Origin: Octopus vulgaris
Taxonomy: Eukaryota
Direction: 5' to 3'
Assembly: GCA_951406725.2 (NCBI GenBank)
Contig: OX597815.1
Location: 49,786,001-49,850,000 of the forward strand
DNA length: 64,000 nucleotides
Shown one piece after another: positions 39,443-52,949 of the stretch. The notes beneath the pieces are model-generated. The model was not told where the DNA came from, searched no databases, and saw only the letters and a list, made by a program, of their open reading frames with translations. Position 1 is the stretch's first letter, and the number at the start of each line of letters is the position of its first letter. The position numbers and the translations under genes were made by a program.

Positions 39443-39908
39443 CTAAGATCAGAAGACAAAAATATATATATTTACATATTTTATTGAATGACATCGGTTT
39501 AAAGCTTCTTTACCAAGTAAACCTTTAAAATATTCCAGTTTTCTTTTTATTAATTTATCAAAGAAATAAATTTCATAAAATCAAACATTTTTCATTCAAT
39601 TATAAAATTGAAAGTGACAGAAGGAAATAGTTTGACTTGGATGGATTTGAGGAAGTTTTAATACAGACTTTCATTATAAAATAATTGGATTTTAAAAAAT
39701 ATATATATATAAATCAATAACTTAGATGAACTTGAAATAGTTAGATTCAACTTTTATGTCTTTCTAATTTTAAAGATTACAGGTATTTTTTTTTCTAATA
39801 TTTTTTCCTCCTGATTGAAGTTTAATATCTGAATTCAATGTTTCAGAAATTAAAAAGAAATATGTTTCTTAATTGTTTTGTCTTTATTGCATACATACAT
39901 ACATACAT

Positions 39909-39968
<60 letters not shown>

Positions 39969-40449
39969 AAATAAGCAACTATTATAAACAAAATGCATCT
40001 GCAAAACATTAACAGCTAACTTTTGCATCATTCTATTGCTTACCACACTGACGTCGACTCCACCCATCTGCTGACTTATTGTAACTGATAATCATCTTTC
40101 CAATAACTACAATACTATATTCATGTACACATAGACATATGCATTCTCACACATGCACAATATGCATATGATATACATATATATACACAGATACACACAC
40201 GATGGAACATACACATATGTACACATGTATATATATATATATACATGTATCATAAATAAATAAATATATATATATATGTATGTATATATACATAAGAGAG
40301 AGAGATATACACATATATATATGCATGTATGTATCATATACATATGTATGTATGTGTACATATGTATCTGTGTACACTTAGTATAGAAAATCAAAGAACA
40401 TAAATGACAAATGTTATTATCTCTTTAATAATAATAATAATAATAATAT

Positions 40450-41600
40450 AAAAAGAACATTCAGCAAAGAAACAATAAAGAATTCTATTATATTCTCAAT
40501 TACTCTGGGCAGACGGTTGACAAAAGTCTTTGAATGTTCCCTCTGAAAGACGAAGACAAAATGACAATCAGATATAATTGCTAAGAGAGGTAGAAACAGT
40601 TTTGATATAATAAAACAGTGAGCAGGCCAGTAGCAAAATGCTGTTCTGAGACTTGGCAGAGATCAGAAGCATTCTTCGATAATTGCCAGTCATATTCAAA
40701 AGAGTTTCTTATAGTCAGTTGTTCTCAAAGACAACAGTGGGATGAAAAGAAAAAGGTACTGGGTGTGGGTAGAACAGAGCTGAGATACAAGTCAATCTGT
40801 TAGTCAATATTAAATATAGTTAAGTGTCCTAGACAAATTCATTATGAAACGCAGATGTCTTCATGAGATCCGATAAGAATCAATAGTTTTTAGTGGCAAA
40901 GGCTGGCAAACAATGTCCTTCACTGTCTTTGAATGATTCTTCAACAGAAAAACTGGTTTTCATTTTACGTGGCATGAACTTATTCTGAAAGAGGTCTAGT
41001 CATTGCTACAAAGCAAAGCCATAATATTAAGCAAAAGGTAAATAGGCAGACCAGCTAATGGCATTTGTCCAAGTAACTGCACTCTGGTCAGCTGTGCATG
41101 CAACTTTAGTGATAGTGCAAAGAAATCTCTGACTCTTGTCGCTAGGCAGAAATGCAACATCCAGTGTACAATGAGACAAAACTATTACCAGTTTTCTCTA
41201 CACATGGAAAAGATAACACACACTATTTTCTCAACTGGATGATTAACCATCAAAGAACAAAATCAAAACCCAACAGAAATAGCAATGAAGCAAGTTCTAC
41301 TATTGATTTCTCTGAATAATGCCCACATCTGACTCTTCTGTGTTGTTATATGTTATGCTAAATTCTAAAGAATACTTAGTTCTCTTTGTTAAACAATGCC
41401 ATAGCTACAATTCATGAGAGTCTGCTATCACCTTAAAGATGCAGATTTATAAATAAAAAGACTGCTTTCTTTTGTCACTTTACTAATTATAAAACATACT
41501 GTGTATGGCTAAGATCAAGAGTCTGACATTAATCTGGTTTTGCAAACATTCTCTTATTTGCTTTTAATGAATCACTGAAATTCAAATCTTTCACTATTGT
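40450..41600 (-). mobile_element. Heavily decayed LINE-like fragment
   Basis: Higher-complexity block adjoining an (ATT)n tail; only weak resemblance to LINE C-terminal motifs. Confidence 0.25.
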
Positions 41601-41699
41601 CACTATACATCCAGCAAAGACAAGCTGTGCCTACCCACACTGCTTAACTTAGTACACAGCTATTTTGATGTTTAGAATTGTATACATGTTCTTGAGCTA

Positions 41700-43500
41700 G
41701 GCAGATGAAGTGCGAAAAGATAATGTGAAGAAGGAAAAACATGGAATATAAAGGATTCTGCAATTATTGGTTTAAAGAAATTCTAGTTGACACACAAGAC
41801 AATAGGGAGGAGGACGTAGAGACTTATAGCATGGATAATAGTTGGGTGTTTTTGCAAGATAAGAGCTACAGATCATTACACTAACAGATCTTGCACATGA
41901 GGTCTACAGATCCTGTATGTGGTTGGTGTAAGTCACAGCTAGAGAGGTGACGATGTTGATGATAGAGCTATAAAAGCTAAGAGACTTGGAGAGTCTAGAA
42001 AGAAGGTGGAAACAGAGAGCAGTACATAGTAGCAAGAGAGAGAGCAAGGCATTAAGTATTATTAGTTTGGGGAGAAGTAGAAAAGAAGAGATTTGCACAT
42101 ATTCTGCAATATGAGGATTGGAAGGTAGAGAAAGTCGTTGAAATGTTCAAAAATGTCAGGAATAGTTATTGAGCTGTTCAAAATAATCTGGTGAAGTAGA
42201 ATATATGTTAGTAACACTAATATAAGAGCAGGTAATCCTGGAAGGGGTTGTATCCAATGACTGGCATAGCACTGTCATAGTAAACTTGTTTGAGAGTGAA
42301 AGAGATGCTATAAAAGAGGAAATTATAGAAGCATCAAATTGTTGGACCAGGTTAACAAGATCATGGAAAGAATCATAGCACAACTAATCAGGAATAAAAT
42401 TCACTCAGACGAAAGCAGTTTAGCTTCATGCCTGGAAGCAGTACCACAAATTACATCTTCCTACTGTAGCTACTAAATAATCTGGTGATCATTAAGGAAA
42501 CCTAGTGGTGACAGACTTGTGAGGTTTATACAAACTTTGTAAAAAGTGCAGTCAGTAAAATGGGAACCAAAAGTGAGTTCAGTGATGAATCAGCATAAAG
42601 GCATAGTCCACAAAGGTTCTTTCCTATTCATCGTAGTCTTGCAGACCATCACAGAGAAGTTCAAAATTGGCTGTTCACATATATAATTATGAGCAAAATG
42701 CCCCCCGTCCAATGGACGGTGCTGAGTTATCAAACATTTAACCAAATTTTCTTAAAACAACTTGTCCAACCATCCCATAGGCCTCCCCTCTGAGAAACAC
42801 TGATTTAACCTAAATTTGAGACACCAGCAAAAGAAGAAATAAAGATAGACTATCTTTCTATTCCAAGAAAAAAGATTTTACAAATGTACGTTCCCACGGC
42901 TTTATTGATCACATTCTCACCTGGAATCGATTTTTGTAATTTTTTCAAGACTTATACACGACCTGACACCATCGGTATCTACATATCAAATATGAGCGCA
43001 ATTGGATGGAGGATGCCCGAGATCCTAGAAGACACACACACACACATACGCACAGACACACAGAACGGATTTTATATAAGAGATATATGCTAATGATCTA
43101 ACTCTTGTAGTTGAATCTATCATAGAATTAGAGAAGAAATTCCAGATATGGAAACAAAGCTTAGAGCGAACTTAACTAATTAATTAATGCCTTTTACAAC
43201 TTAATTAAGACTAAGGTGTCACTAAGCAGAAGAAAAGATAGAACTCTGGTACCATCAGAGAAATGATCTTATCCTAAATGCAAAAAATGAGTAAGTTGGA
43301 ATTACATATGAATCCAGCACAAGCTTTAGATGTCCAAGAGATGTAACGAGATCACAAGCAAGCTATGGTCGTCTGAATACAATGTATGTTGATCAACTCA
43401 CCAGGGACAATGGATGCCTCCCTGAAGACCTCTCTCAACTAATGCATTACTAAGATTGATGGCACGTGCAGGTTAAAAATGTCTGAGGAAGCTTGATCTG
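41700..43500 (+). mobile_element. Decayed RTE-clade LINE reverse transcriptase fragment
   Basis: IKLLDQVNKIMERIIAQLIRNKI, FSFMPGSSTT, VHKGS, FIVVLQTITEKFKIGC, then after an insertion YANDLTLVVESIIELEKKFQIWKQSLE (YADD motif). Confidence 0.8.
42690..43083 (-). mobile_element. Non-autonomous Helitron-like element inserted just before the RTE YADD motif
   Basis: Minus strand begins A|TCTCTTATATAAAA, has a (TG)n block, and a subterminal hairpin CCGTCCA-T-TGGACGG (42705-42719); terminal CTAG not evident. Confidence 0.6.
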
Positions 43501-46316
43501 ATGGTGATGATGACTTATTCTATCAGTTTCTTTTGCTGAACTACTGAGTTACAGGGATGTAAACAAACCAACACTATTTGTCAAGTGGTGGTTTGGGGAC
43601 AAACACAAACACACAGAATGACAGGCTTCCATACAGTTTCCAACTACAAAATTTTTTCACAAGGTATTGTAAGGTGCTACATAGTGAGACTGAACCTACA
43701 ATCATGTGAGCATCATGATCACCTTGACACCATCAATAATATCCCATTAATAATACCATATTATTGCCTCCTACCATCATGACTACTCTGAATAGCAACA
43801 CCACGGGTAGTGAATCCACTGAGTTGTAAGAACAACTGATGATATGCATTGGGGTTAAACTCTGAGTTAAAATCCCACCAAGGACAGCTTTGGCTTTCAT
43901 TCTTTCCAGATCAATAAAATGAAATGCTAGTCTTGAGAAGTGGCATGGCACAACAATTAGACGTAAACCAGAACCCTGCGATAATATTCCAGACTGTTGC
44001 ACTTCAAATCCTTCCATGGCATACTTGAATGGTAGCCAATGTTTTGCCTGATTTAATATCTGCCACTTTGTTTTTAACTGCCTTTAGTAGAGTTCACTCT
44101 TTTGAAAGCAGCCAAAAACCAGGTCCACAATTTTGAGAATACAATTTTCTATCCTTCCCAATAATCCCTCAGGCCCTGTAAAAAGTTATGAGTACAGCCC
44201 TTCCTTTCTTCCTGATTAAGCTATTAAAAAATACAATAAAAACAAAGGATGACATAACTTCCGTTGCAATTAATGTCTTACACATTTGGACATTTTGTGA
44301 AATGAAAAGTAAAAAACACATTGAGACAATAACTTCTGAAACTTGTCCTAGTATTCATTCTACAACCAGTTTAAATTTTTGCTACTAAGAACTAATTTTA
44401 CTATGAATATATTAGTGTCTAACAAATGAAAAAGCAGATAACAGGATAACAGAGATTAGCTAAACTTATAAGCATTACCAAAAATTGTCAATAATGTAGT
44501 TTATACGATCCATTATTTAGAAGACTACAGCTGTATTTATTTTTGTAGTGGAATCTTATGTTCTTAAACTAAGGAACACTCATCCTATCCTATATGTACA
44601 AATGAAGGAGTGCATGTGCGTGTATGTATATATGTGTGTGTGTGTGTATGTATATATATATATATATATATATATAGTAAGCCAGTCTTTTGGAATTCTT
44701 TTATATATGACAATTATCAAAGAATATATAAAATCATGAAAAAGTTAAAAGATAATTATAAAATACAGAAAATACATACATTCAAAACAAATCAAGAAGT
44801 GAACAAGAAATGGAAGTACATGGCAGGCTATTGTAGAAACTTCCAATGAAAAGAGCAAACATTCGTACATTTATCTGTAGGTTAAGTGGTTGAATTCTTG
44901 AAGAAAAATCCCATATGTATTTCATAAATTTATGTCAAAGAGTAAAGCAATCATTACTTTCATTTGAGAATTTTGCATATTACTGAGCACTTATACATAG
45001 ATATAAATATGTGAGTATGTGCATGAATATGTGTACGTAATTGTATATTCATGAGAGCATGTCTCCATGTGAATATTAGTATGGATGCATGCATTAATAT
45101 TCCTAAATGTTGTTATACTTGTATATATGTGTCTGTGAGATTACATTTGAATAAGGACATGTTTATGTGACCAACTTCAAGAATCAGTAAATGTGTGTAT
45201 ACAATTGTGAAAATAATTTATTTGTTGCTCTTAAAATACAAACTACTGTTTTTTGTCAAAGCAGCTAAATTACATTTGCCTTTATGTTTGGCTTTGAGTG
45301 TTTGCTAGTAAATATAAAAATAGCATACATTAAAATGCCCCTCTACATCACTTATCTAATGGAGAAACTTTCTTAAGTCAACAGCAATAATCTTAAACAA
45401 TTATGATCACTCTTTCAGAAAACTTAACTGCTTTGGTAGTATTTATCTGTGTTGTGTATCTTTATCACAAAAAGTGTAGCTTTTTTTTTAACATTTACAA
45501 TATTTTCAAAATTAGAAATAATCACTGCTGAGTAGGGAAAAATATTTGGAGTGAGTTAACATTATATTCTGATCAAGCTCTGAATGTTTCTGATATATTA
45601 ACCTTCATTAGCAGAAGTATAGCATTCTCTTTTCTTTGATGATATTACCCTGACTAGCTAAGGTGGTGAACTGGCAGAACCATTAGTACACCAGGCAAAT
45701 GCTTAGTGGAATTTCATCCGTCTTTAAGTTTTGAGCTCAAACTCTGCCTTTTATCCTTTCTGGTTTGATAAAATAAATACCAGTTGCATAATGGGATCAA
45801 TGTAATCAACTTTGCCCCTCCCTTGGAATTGCTGGCCTCATGCCAAAATTTGAAATTGATATTACAGTGTCTAGTTCTTTATATAGAAATATATATAAAA
45901 AAAATATTCAATGATGCCAGGTCATGAAATAAATTTACAATTCAATTATAAAGAGGGCACTGACCACACATTCGATTAATAATTCCTTCTTATTTTGGCA
46001 CAAGGCCAGCAGTTTTGAGGATTGGGGATAGGTCCATTACATCAACCTCAGTACTTGACTGGTTCTCATTTTATCAGCCTCAAAAGGTAAAGTCAACTTC
46101 AGTAGAATATGAACTCAGAATGTTGAGACAGATGAGACGCTAACGTTTTGTCTAGCATAATAATAATTCTGCCAGCTTGCCAGCCTATTTGAATAATATT
46201 ATCAAAGAGAGGTTGTTTATTTATGATGCTTTAACATAAAAAATATCAACTGTAAGGTTATATACGATTAAAAAGAAATAGTAGGTAAAAGGTAACTGTA
46301 TAAACAAAAGCAAAAC

Positions 46317-47045
46317 TTAGGCATCCACTGATAATGACTGAAGAGTAATCAAGCAGAAAAATTTTGAAGTTGGCAATCTTGCTTGTTCTACCAAAAACTA
46401 ATTCTATTTAACTTCTGTGTTTTCTTCATCACCTTATCTAGCCTTAAAGAGGTTATTTCTAATGTTGAAAACATTGTAAATAAACCCGCATTTTTATTGA
46501 TTTAGAATCACAGTATCTGTGTCCTTGTGACCTTCACAAGTCACCAGTACATGCAAAATCATTTTGAAATCCTCTAACCACAGGGGACTGCTCTTCCATA
46601 CTGATGTAAAAGTCACTACTAGGCATGGGTCTATGTCATGTCCAATGTCTTTTTATTATGACTCATATTTCTTTGACCTATGCTTTTGGGCAGACATATA
46701 GTTAGTTAGAGGTCTGACAATTTCAGCCAGAATTTTGATGGTGTTTCCAGTTTTTTAAGACACAGCAGAGAGAAAACCATAACTTTTCATTTTTGCAGTT
46801 GATATCATTTCTTCCAAAAGCTTGTTGTCACTTGATGCTGGAAAAAATCTAATCCTCTTTTGGCTTTTTGTAAGCAGAGAGACATCATTTTTCACTTCAC
46901 CTTTTCTTTCATAGTATCCTGCAGCAAAGAAAATTAACTCATCTACATTTTTTCCCAGTAACTGTAATAAGTTCAAAACGTTCATATATTCATTATGGAT
47001 TGAATGAAGGTTTGTCTTCACACTACCGCTATATGAATGGACCAC
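46317..47045 (-). pseudogene. Decayed reading frame of unknown identity (about 240 codons)
   Basis: The 96-aa ORF continues in frame past TAA: KTGNTIKILAEIVRPLTNYM...**KDIGHDIDPCLVVTFTSVWKSSPLWLEDFKMILHVLVTCEGH...; globular-like composition. Confidence 0.3.
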
Positions 47046-47101
47046 AGTATTTGAATGGTAGTAATTGAGTCATTTTCTCCTATTAATAATTATACTGTTC
47101 A

Positions 47102-47465
47102 ATAAGGCAGCGAAATTGTAGAATCGTTAGTATGCCACGCAAATTGTTTAGTGATATTTCGTCACTCTTTATGTTCTGAGTGCAAATTCCACCGAGGTCA
47201 ACTTTGCCTTTCATTCTTTCCGGATCAATAAAATATGTACTAGTTGAGTACTGGGGCAGATGTAATCGGCTTACTTCTCCTTCGAAATTGTTGGCATTTT
47301 GTCAAAATTTGAAACCTATATTTTTTGCAGGGGTAGGTCGATTAGATTGACCCCGGTGCTCATCCTTTCAGGGTCGACAAAATAAGCACCAGTTGAACAT
47401 TGGGGTCGATCCAATTGACCTATCCCTTATCCTAAATTGCTGGTCTTATGCAATATCTTGAAAGC
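47102..47465 (+). mobile_element. SINE family B with duplicated 3' half and perfect 17-bp TSD
   Basis: AATAATTATACTGTTCA at 47085-47101 and 47466-47482. Confidence 0.85.
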
Positions 47466-48419
47466 AATAATTATACTGTTCAGTTTCTTCTTCCATGTAG
47501 ATGAGTTTAAATTTCGTCTCCCGTAGAGTTTTATTATTACACACGATCCCCATTTTGGATGTAGAAATGAAATATGCGCAAATAAGATTTTAAAAGTCTG
47601 TAAAATAAACGTCTTTCCTGCTGTCTACCCTTAGGTATCAAGGACAGCCTTTTCTTTGTCAGTTATACAAGTATTATGAGACAAAATTCATTTCGTACTA
47701 CTTGAGTAAAAGTACTGTAAGTGAGAATCAAAAAAATATTTTCACCCCACGAGAGTTAAGTTTATTAAAATCAATAATATCAATAATTCTTTCCAGTTTT
47801 GGCACAGCAGTTTCGATGGGTAGAGACTAGTTGATAACGTCAACTCTAGACCCTGAAAGGAAGGAATGCAAAATCAACCCCTGAAGCATTTGAACTCAGA
47901 ACGTAAAACCTGAAAAATACCACAAAGCATTTTGTCTAGCACGATAATGATTTTGCCAGCTCGCCCCTTAATGATAATCCTTTTTATTACAGATACTATC
48001 TCTGAAATTGACCCCAGTGCTCAAAAGGTTCTTATCTTATCGACCCCTAAAGGATGAAAGACAAAGACGACTTCGGTGGAATTTGAACTCAGATCAAGAA
48101 GACTGACGAAATGCCACTAAACACACTAACTTTGTTGAATCAGATGCTGCAACTCTGAGCCAGATGTTTCTGCTATCTACAATGCTTGTTCTTACCAATT
48201 GTTTCACAGAGCTGAACCAACTTACTATGCTTTCTCTTTTTCCTGAAGAAAGCGTTCTCGATGTTCACTTCCCCCGGGAACTGTCAGCTCTGTCATCTTT
48301 ACCACCTTTTCCTTGCACCATACGACATGATCGGGTATTTGGGGGGCAAATAGAGGGAAGTGATATTTACAATGAAGGCCAACAGAGAATAATTAAGCCC
48401 TACACACACGTGTAGGGGA

Positions 48420-49050
48420 GTGGTGATATAAGTAGTTAAGATTTAAGTACATTCATACCCACTGTTCGGGAAAATGGACAAGATCACCGATTGGACATGA
48501 ACCAGTAGCCTATCGAATATCATTTGACTGTGATTACCAAAATACTAAAATGATCCGACACCCCTCACCAACACAGCACAAGTAAACATTCAGTTGCACC
48601 ACTTACCGTTGTTTACCTATATCTGAATGACACAAATTTCATTGGTGTCTTCGACAGCCTTTTAACCTCCAAGGGGTTGCTCTGTTGCAGGGTACTTCAA
48701 TGCTGACTGAAACGATCCCAGAATGTAACGCGAACGGTTTAAGTATATTCTCAGCGTCAGATGAAAAAAATGAACAAGATCGTCTATGTGAAATGAAATA
48801 CGAACCTGTTGATTATCGTTCGACCGCGATAACCATGACCCTAAAGCGAGCCGACACTTCCTGCCATCGAATTTAGTACAGCCGGTCACCGTTATTCATC
48901 TCCTTTTGCAACACACAAACTTCGCTGGTATTTTCTTTTATTTCCGCTCAACAACACCCCTCCCCCACTGGAGGTTGAGAAGCAATAAAGATAGAATAGT
49001 CAAAAAGATCGAATAATCATAGCTGTGGTCATAGGTCTGCTCGATCTCTA
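48420..49050 (-). promoter_or_regulatory. Candidate promoter and first exon of a minus-strand gene
   Basis: CpG-rich unique sequence at the edge of the CpG-depleted domain; ETS-type CAGGAAGT (48856-48863); consensus donor ACG|GTAAGT at 48607/48606. Confidence 0.4.
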
Positions 49051-50346
49051 TTGGTCTGGGGCTAAAGAATAGCAACAATAATGGCAGGAAAAATGTAAAC
49101 AAATACAGTGGGTACAAAATTAAGTTTGGTAGTAAAGAAAAAGTCATTTCAACTGCGTAAAAAAAATCTGTGGTCAAAAACCAAGTTTTTTTTTTAACGT
49201 CTTATTTGTTTTCGGTTTCAAATCAACTTTGATACAAAAAGAAAACTATCGACAAAGACATTCTGTACATGACTATTCCATATTTTCAAGATTATCTTGA
49301 GTTTAATAATCCTAGTGTCTAATGAAATGCGTTGTTCATAGCTTTATTTTGAAACAAATCTTTGCTTGGAAAACTTTAATCTATTCAAATATGAACACTT
49401 TATATTGGGATGTTTTGTATCCAGGAAGTCAAGGTAGTTTAGGACAGACTGAAATCAAAATGAGTTAAAAGATTTTAATATATTTGGTTGGGTTAAAGGA
49501 CAAATAGCTCCACCAGACGAACTTGTGTTCTGTTTGGGATAATATACAACACGTGGACCACTAATCAATGTGATTTCAAGCTGATTTGGTTGCTATTTCT
49601 AACAGTTCTAGATACTACGTAGAAACTCCACGTTGGCTCGGTTTAAAGAAGTTGTGTCTAAAAGAGAAACTACCCAGCCCGACTCTGACTGTCCAAATCA
49701 ATGATTTTTACCAAGTTTACTAAGCAAGTCACTTCTGCTATTGACTATTTCACTATTCTAATGTGAATGTCAATGTTTTCTTTCTTAAACAAGCTCCCAG
49801 ATAAAGCACTGACAGAGAAAGAGTTGCAGTATGGTTCTGCAATGGTGGTGGTGGTGATGTGAGTGGTGCTAGCTATGATGTAGTGAGAGAGGTGTGGTGG
49901 TGACGGCAGGAGTTATGGTTGGCTGGTGGGTTTAGGCAGTAGTAATACTGGTTCATGAGGAGAAGGAAAGATGATGGGAGGGGAGGTGGAATGGTAAGGT
50001 TACATCAATTGCGTGGAGGAGCAGTGGTGTTGATGGCTATGATGGTCATGGTGCAACAATGGTGATTCTAGTAGTGGTTGTGGTGATAGTAAGTGGGCAG
50101 GCGGTGGGCAACAGTGGTAAAATGTGCATTGGAAATAATGAAGGTGGTAGCGGTGAATGAAAAAGATGTAGTGCATGTATGAGTGATTGTGTGTGTGTGA
50201 CTGTGTGCGTGCGTGTGAGTGAGAGGGAGAGAACACACGTATGCGTACTGGGGCAGGGAAGGAGTGACATTAAGACAGTTATTCATAGTTCAACATTTTA
50301 GGAATGACTAAGGTTTCTCTCACTCATTTTTCTCTCTCTACCCCTC

Positions 50347-50388
<42 letters not shown>

Positions 50389-50880
50389 ACTCTCTCCCTC
50401 TTTCCTCGTCTCCATCCCACATCATTCTAGCCTTGTCCTGTCCTGCCATTTCTCCCACACCTCCCATTCAACAAACTCGGAAACAACAAAAAGAAAAAAG
50501 TGTGTGTGTATGTGTGTGTGCGCGCACGTGTGTATGTGCATGAGAGAAAGTATGCATGTGTGAAAAAGAGGGAGAAAGAGAACGACTCAAAGGTGGTGGG
50601 GAATGAAGTCAATAAAGGAAACAGGGCAAAATAGAATCTGGGTAATGTGTGGAGGGAGGGGGAGAGAAATGGCAATGTAAACGACAATAGACAAGGGAAG
50701 AGGAAGATTAAAAAAATACTGAAGAGCGGCAGTAGCAACAGGAGTGATAGACAGCAGTAGCAGGAATAGTAGGTTGTTGTAAATGATAGAAATCTCTTAA
50801 CACAGGCCATGTGTGGTATTGATCTAAACTAGAGAGGTGATAAATGGCTGGATAAGGGACAAGCATAGAAAATTATCCAG

Positions 50881-51160
50881 ACCAACTAGTGTCTCTGGTT
50901 GGGATAATGGATAGACGTGGTCCGCTGACTAACGGGTGTCTATGGTTGGCATAGAGGACAGACGGGGTTCACCAGATGAACTTGGGGTTTCTCTTTGGAA
51001 TAATATACAGACGTGGGACAGCAATTAAGCAGTTGTTTCTGATTGAGATAATGAACAAACATGATGCACCAACAAATTTGTCTCTGGTTGGAATAATGAA
51101 TAGACGTGGGGGTCTAATCAACTTGTCTCTGACTACGGAAACGGGCAGAAACGGAGCACC
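50881..51160. repeat. About 47-bp diverged minisatellite, 6 units
   Basis: Unit ACCAAC..GTGTCTCTGGTTGGGATAATGGATAGACGTGG near 50881, 50928, 50975, 51022, 51068, 51116; lone unit near 49510-49570. Confidence 0.8.
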
Positions 51161-52949
51161 ACCCGGGCCAATTAGTGCCAAGATAATTCAAGGAAATGGT
51201 ACTCTAACTAGATTTTGCTTTTAAAAAAACTACATTGAGATTGATATCAGCGAGGTGGTGGGGGTGGACAAGACAAAGATTACCATACACCACGTGGCGG
51301 CGAATCTTTCAGAAGAACCTTAGATTTGTCAAAAGATGCTGAATAAACGAAAGATAAAACTTTGTAGGATAACTGTCACCCAAAGTGCTATCAAGCGTGG
51401 GATGGAGAAACTAATTTACTTTAAATGTGTGTGTGTGTATGTGTTACGAATTATTCATAGGAAATACTATCAAAACAAATATGTACTATGTACACGCGAC
51501 AAGACCGTTTGTCTGCTAATTGATTGTAAGATAAAAACGCAAGCAGGACCTTCTTCAACCGGATGACAAACACGAAGTGTTGATATTAAGTTGAAATGTC
51601 AGATATTGCAAACCTCTTTTCTTTGCGTGTAGATAATCTACGGTAAAATGAATCAATCGTTTTAGATTTAACTTATACCTGGAGCTATTACTTATAAATA
51701 TTCCTTAAATACAAGAATATTGAACTTAAACACCTTAAACATGCAGAAACAATATTGTGTCTGTTGCCTTCACATGTACAAGGAGAAAAAATTTAAAATC
51801 TCAAGCATTTCAACTTAATTATGATCTTATGTTGTTTCTTCCGTGGTCGTATATAATACTTTCAGTTCAATTTAACTGGGAAACATTTTCAGAAAAAAAC
51901 AATTGTCTTGCTTTTTACAATTAGTCCTGCCTAATTTGATGGTACTGAGTTCAGAAATGCCCACGGAAATTTTGTATAATGTCAAGTTCTTTTGTTAAAT
52001 AAGAATCAATTCTTTTTATCACAGAGTGTCAATTTTACCACGAAATGTAATACTAAAATAAGAAACTAAAAAACAGGGCAAATTAACCGTTTCAGAGATA
52101 TTCGCTTTTTAGGAGGGTTCCGAGTACAATTTGCTATTTAGATGGTTTCTCGTGTAGTTTGCTGGCATCCATGTTTGGAATTAGTGAAATAGGTTTGATG
52201 ATATTAGAACGGTGAATCATTGGTTATTAAGCGGTATTTTTAGTTTCTTATCGCTTAATGACCAATGAAATTACTTCGTTCAGGATTGCCGTTTCAAGTT
52301 GATTCAGTTTACGTTAAAGATAGCAGTTTGAAATTAGGATTGAGCCTTCGTTTAAGGTTGCTGTCGTTTCAGGTTATGGGAAGCTGTAATTATTGCTTAA
52401 TTTGCTTATACGAGGCCATTCAACGTTTCCGAATGAATGACAATGGATCCATACAATTTTTTCGTGAACGCGGAGTTCTACCAAATTCTGTAGAATATCT
52501 ATGTTGTCACTCGCCGTATTCTTTGCGTGCCGACATTAATACGTGGCGATGTCGAAAGATTGTGTCTCGTACTCATCGTCCAAGAGGAGTATGTAGTTTC
52601 TCTGTTTCCGACCGCCAGAATACCATTGATTGGAGAGAGTACATATTCTTGCCTGGAGAGTACTCTTGTTCGTGAATCATTTTCTTGATTGGACATGGAA
52701 TCACAGGATTATGGTTCAAAACCTTGATATAAGTTTACATACATCTGTTGACTGGCGGTCGTTTTGATGTGAAGTTTGTCAATATTGGCTGGAACAAGGT
52801 ACCAGACAGAATTGGAGATCCAGGCGTTGAAGTCGAAATTGATAAACAGGTATCGATCGCCACAAATACAACTGGGGGCGACGAGTAAAAACGGTATAGT
52901 TTTCGGTGGAATTGAAAGAATTTCGAAAAAAAAAAAATTCATAGTGCCT

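Noticed and set aside
46755-47045. Assignment to the PIN/FAM120-like family from ELIFFAAG
   Set aside because: Single short resemblance; catalytic Asp and downstream motifs not found.
50969-51224. Overlapping ORFs with repeated NLSLVGIM motif
   Set aside because: Upstream minisatellite units shift frame, so coding frame is not conserved across the array.
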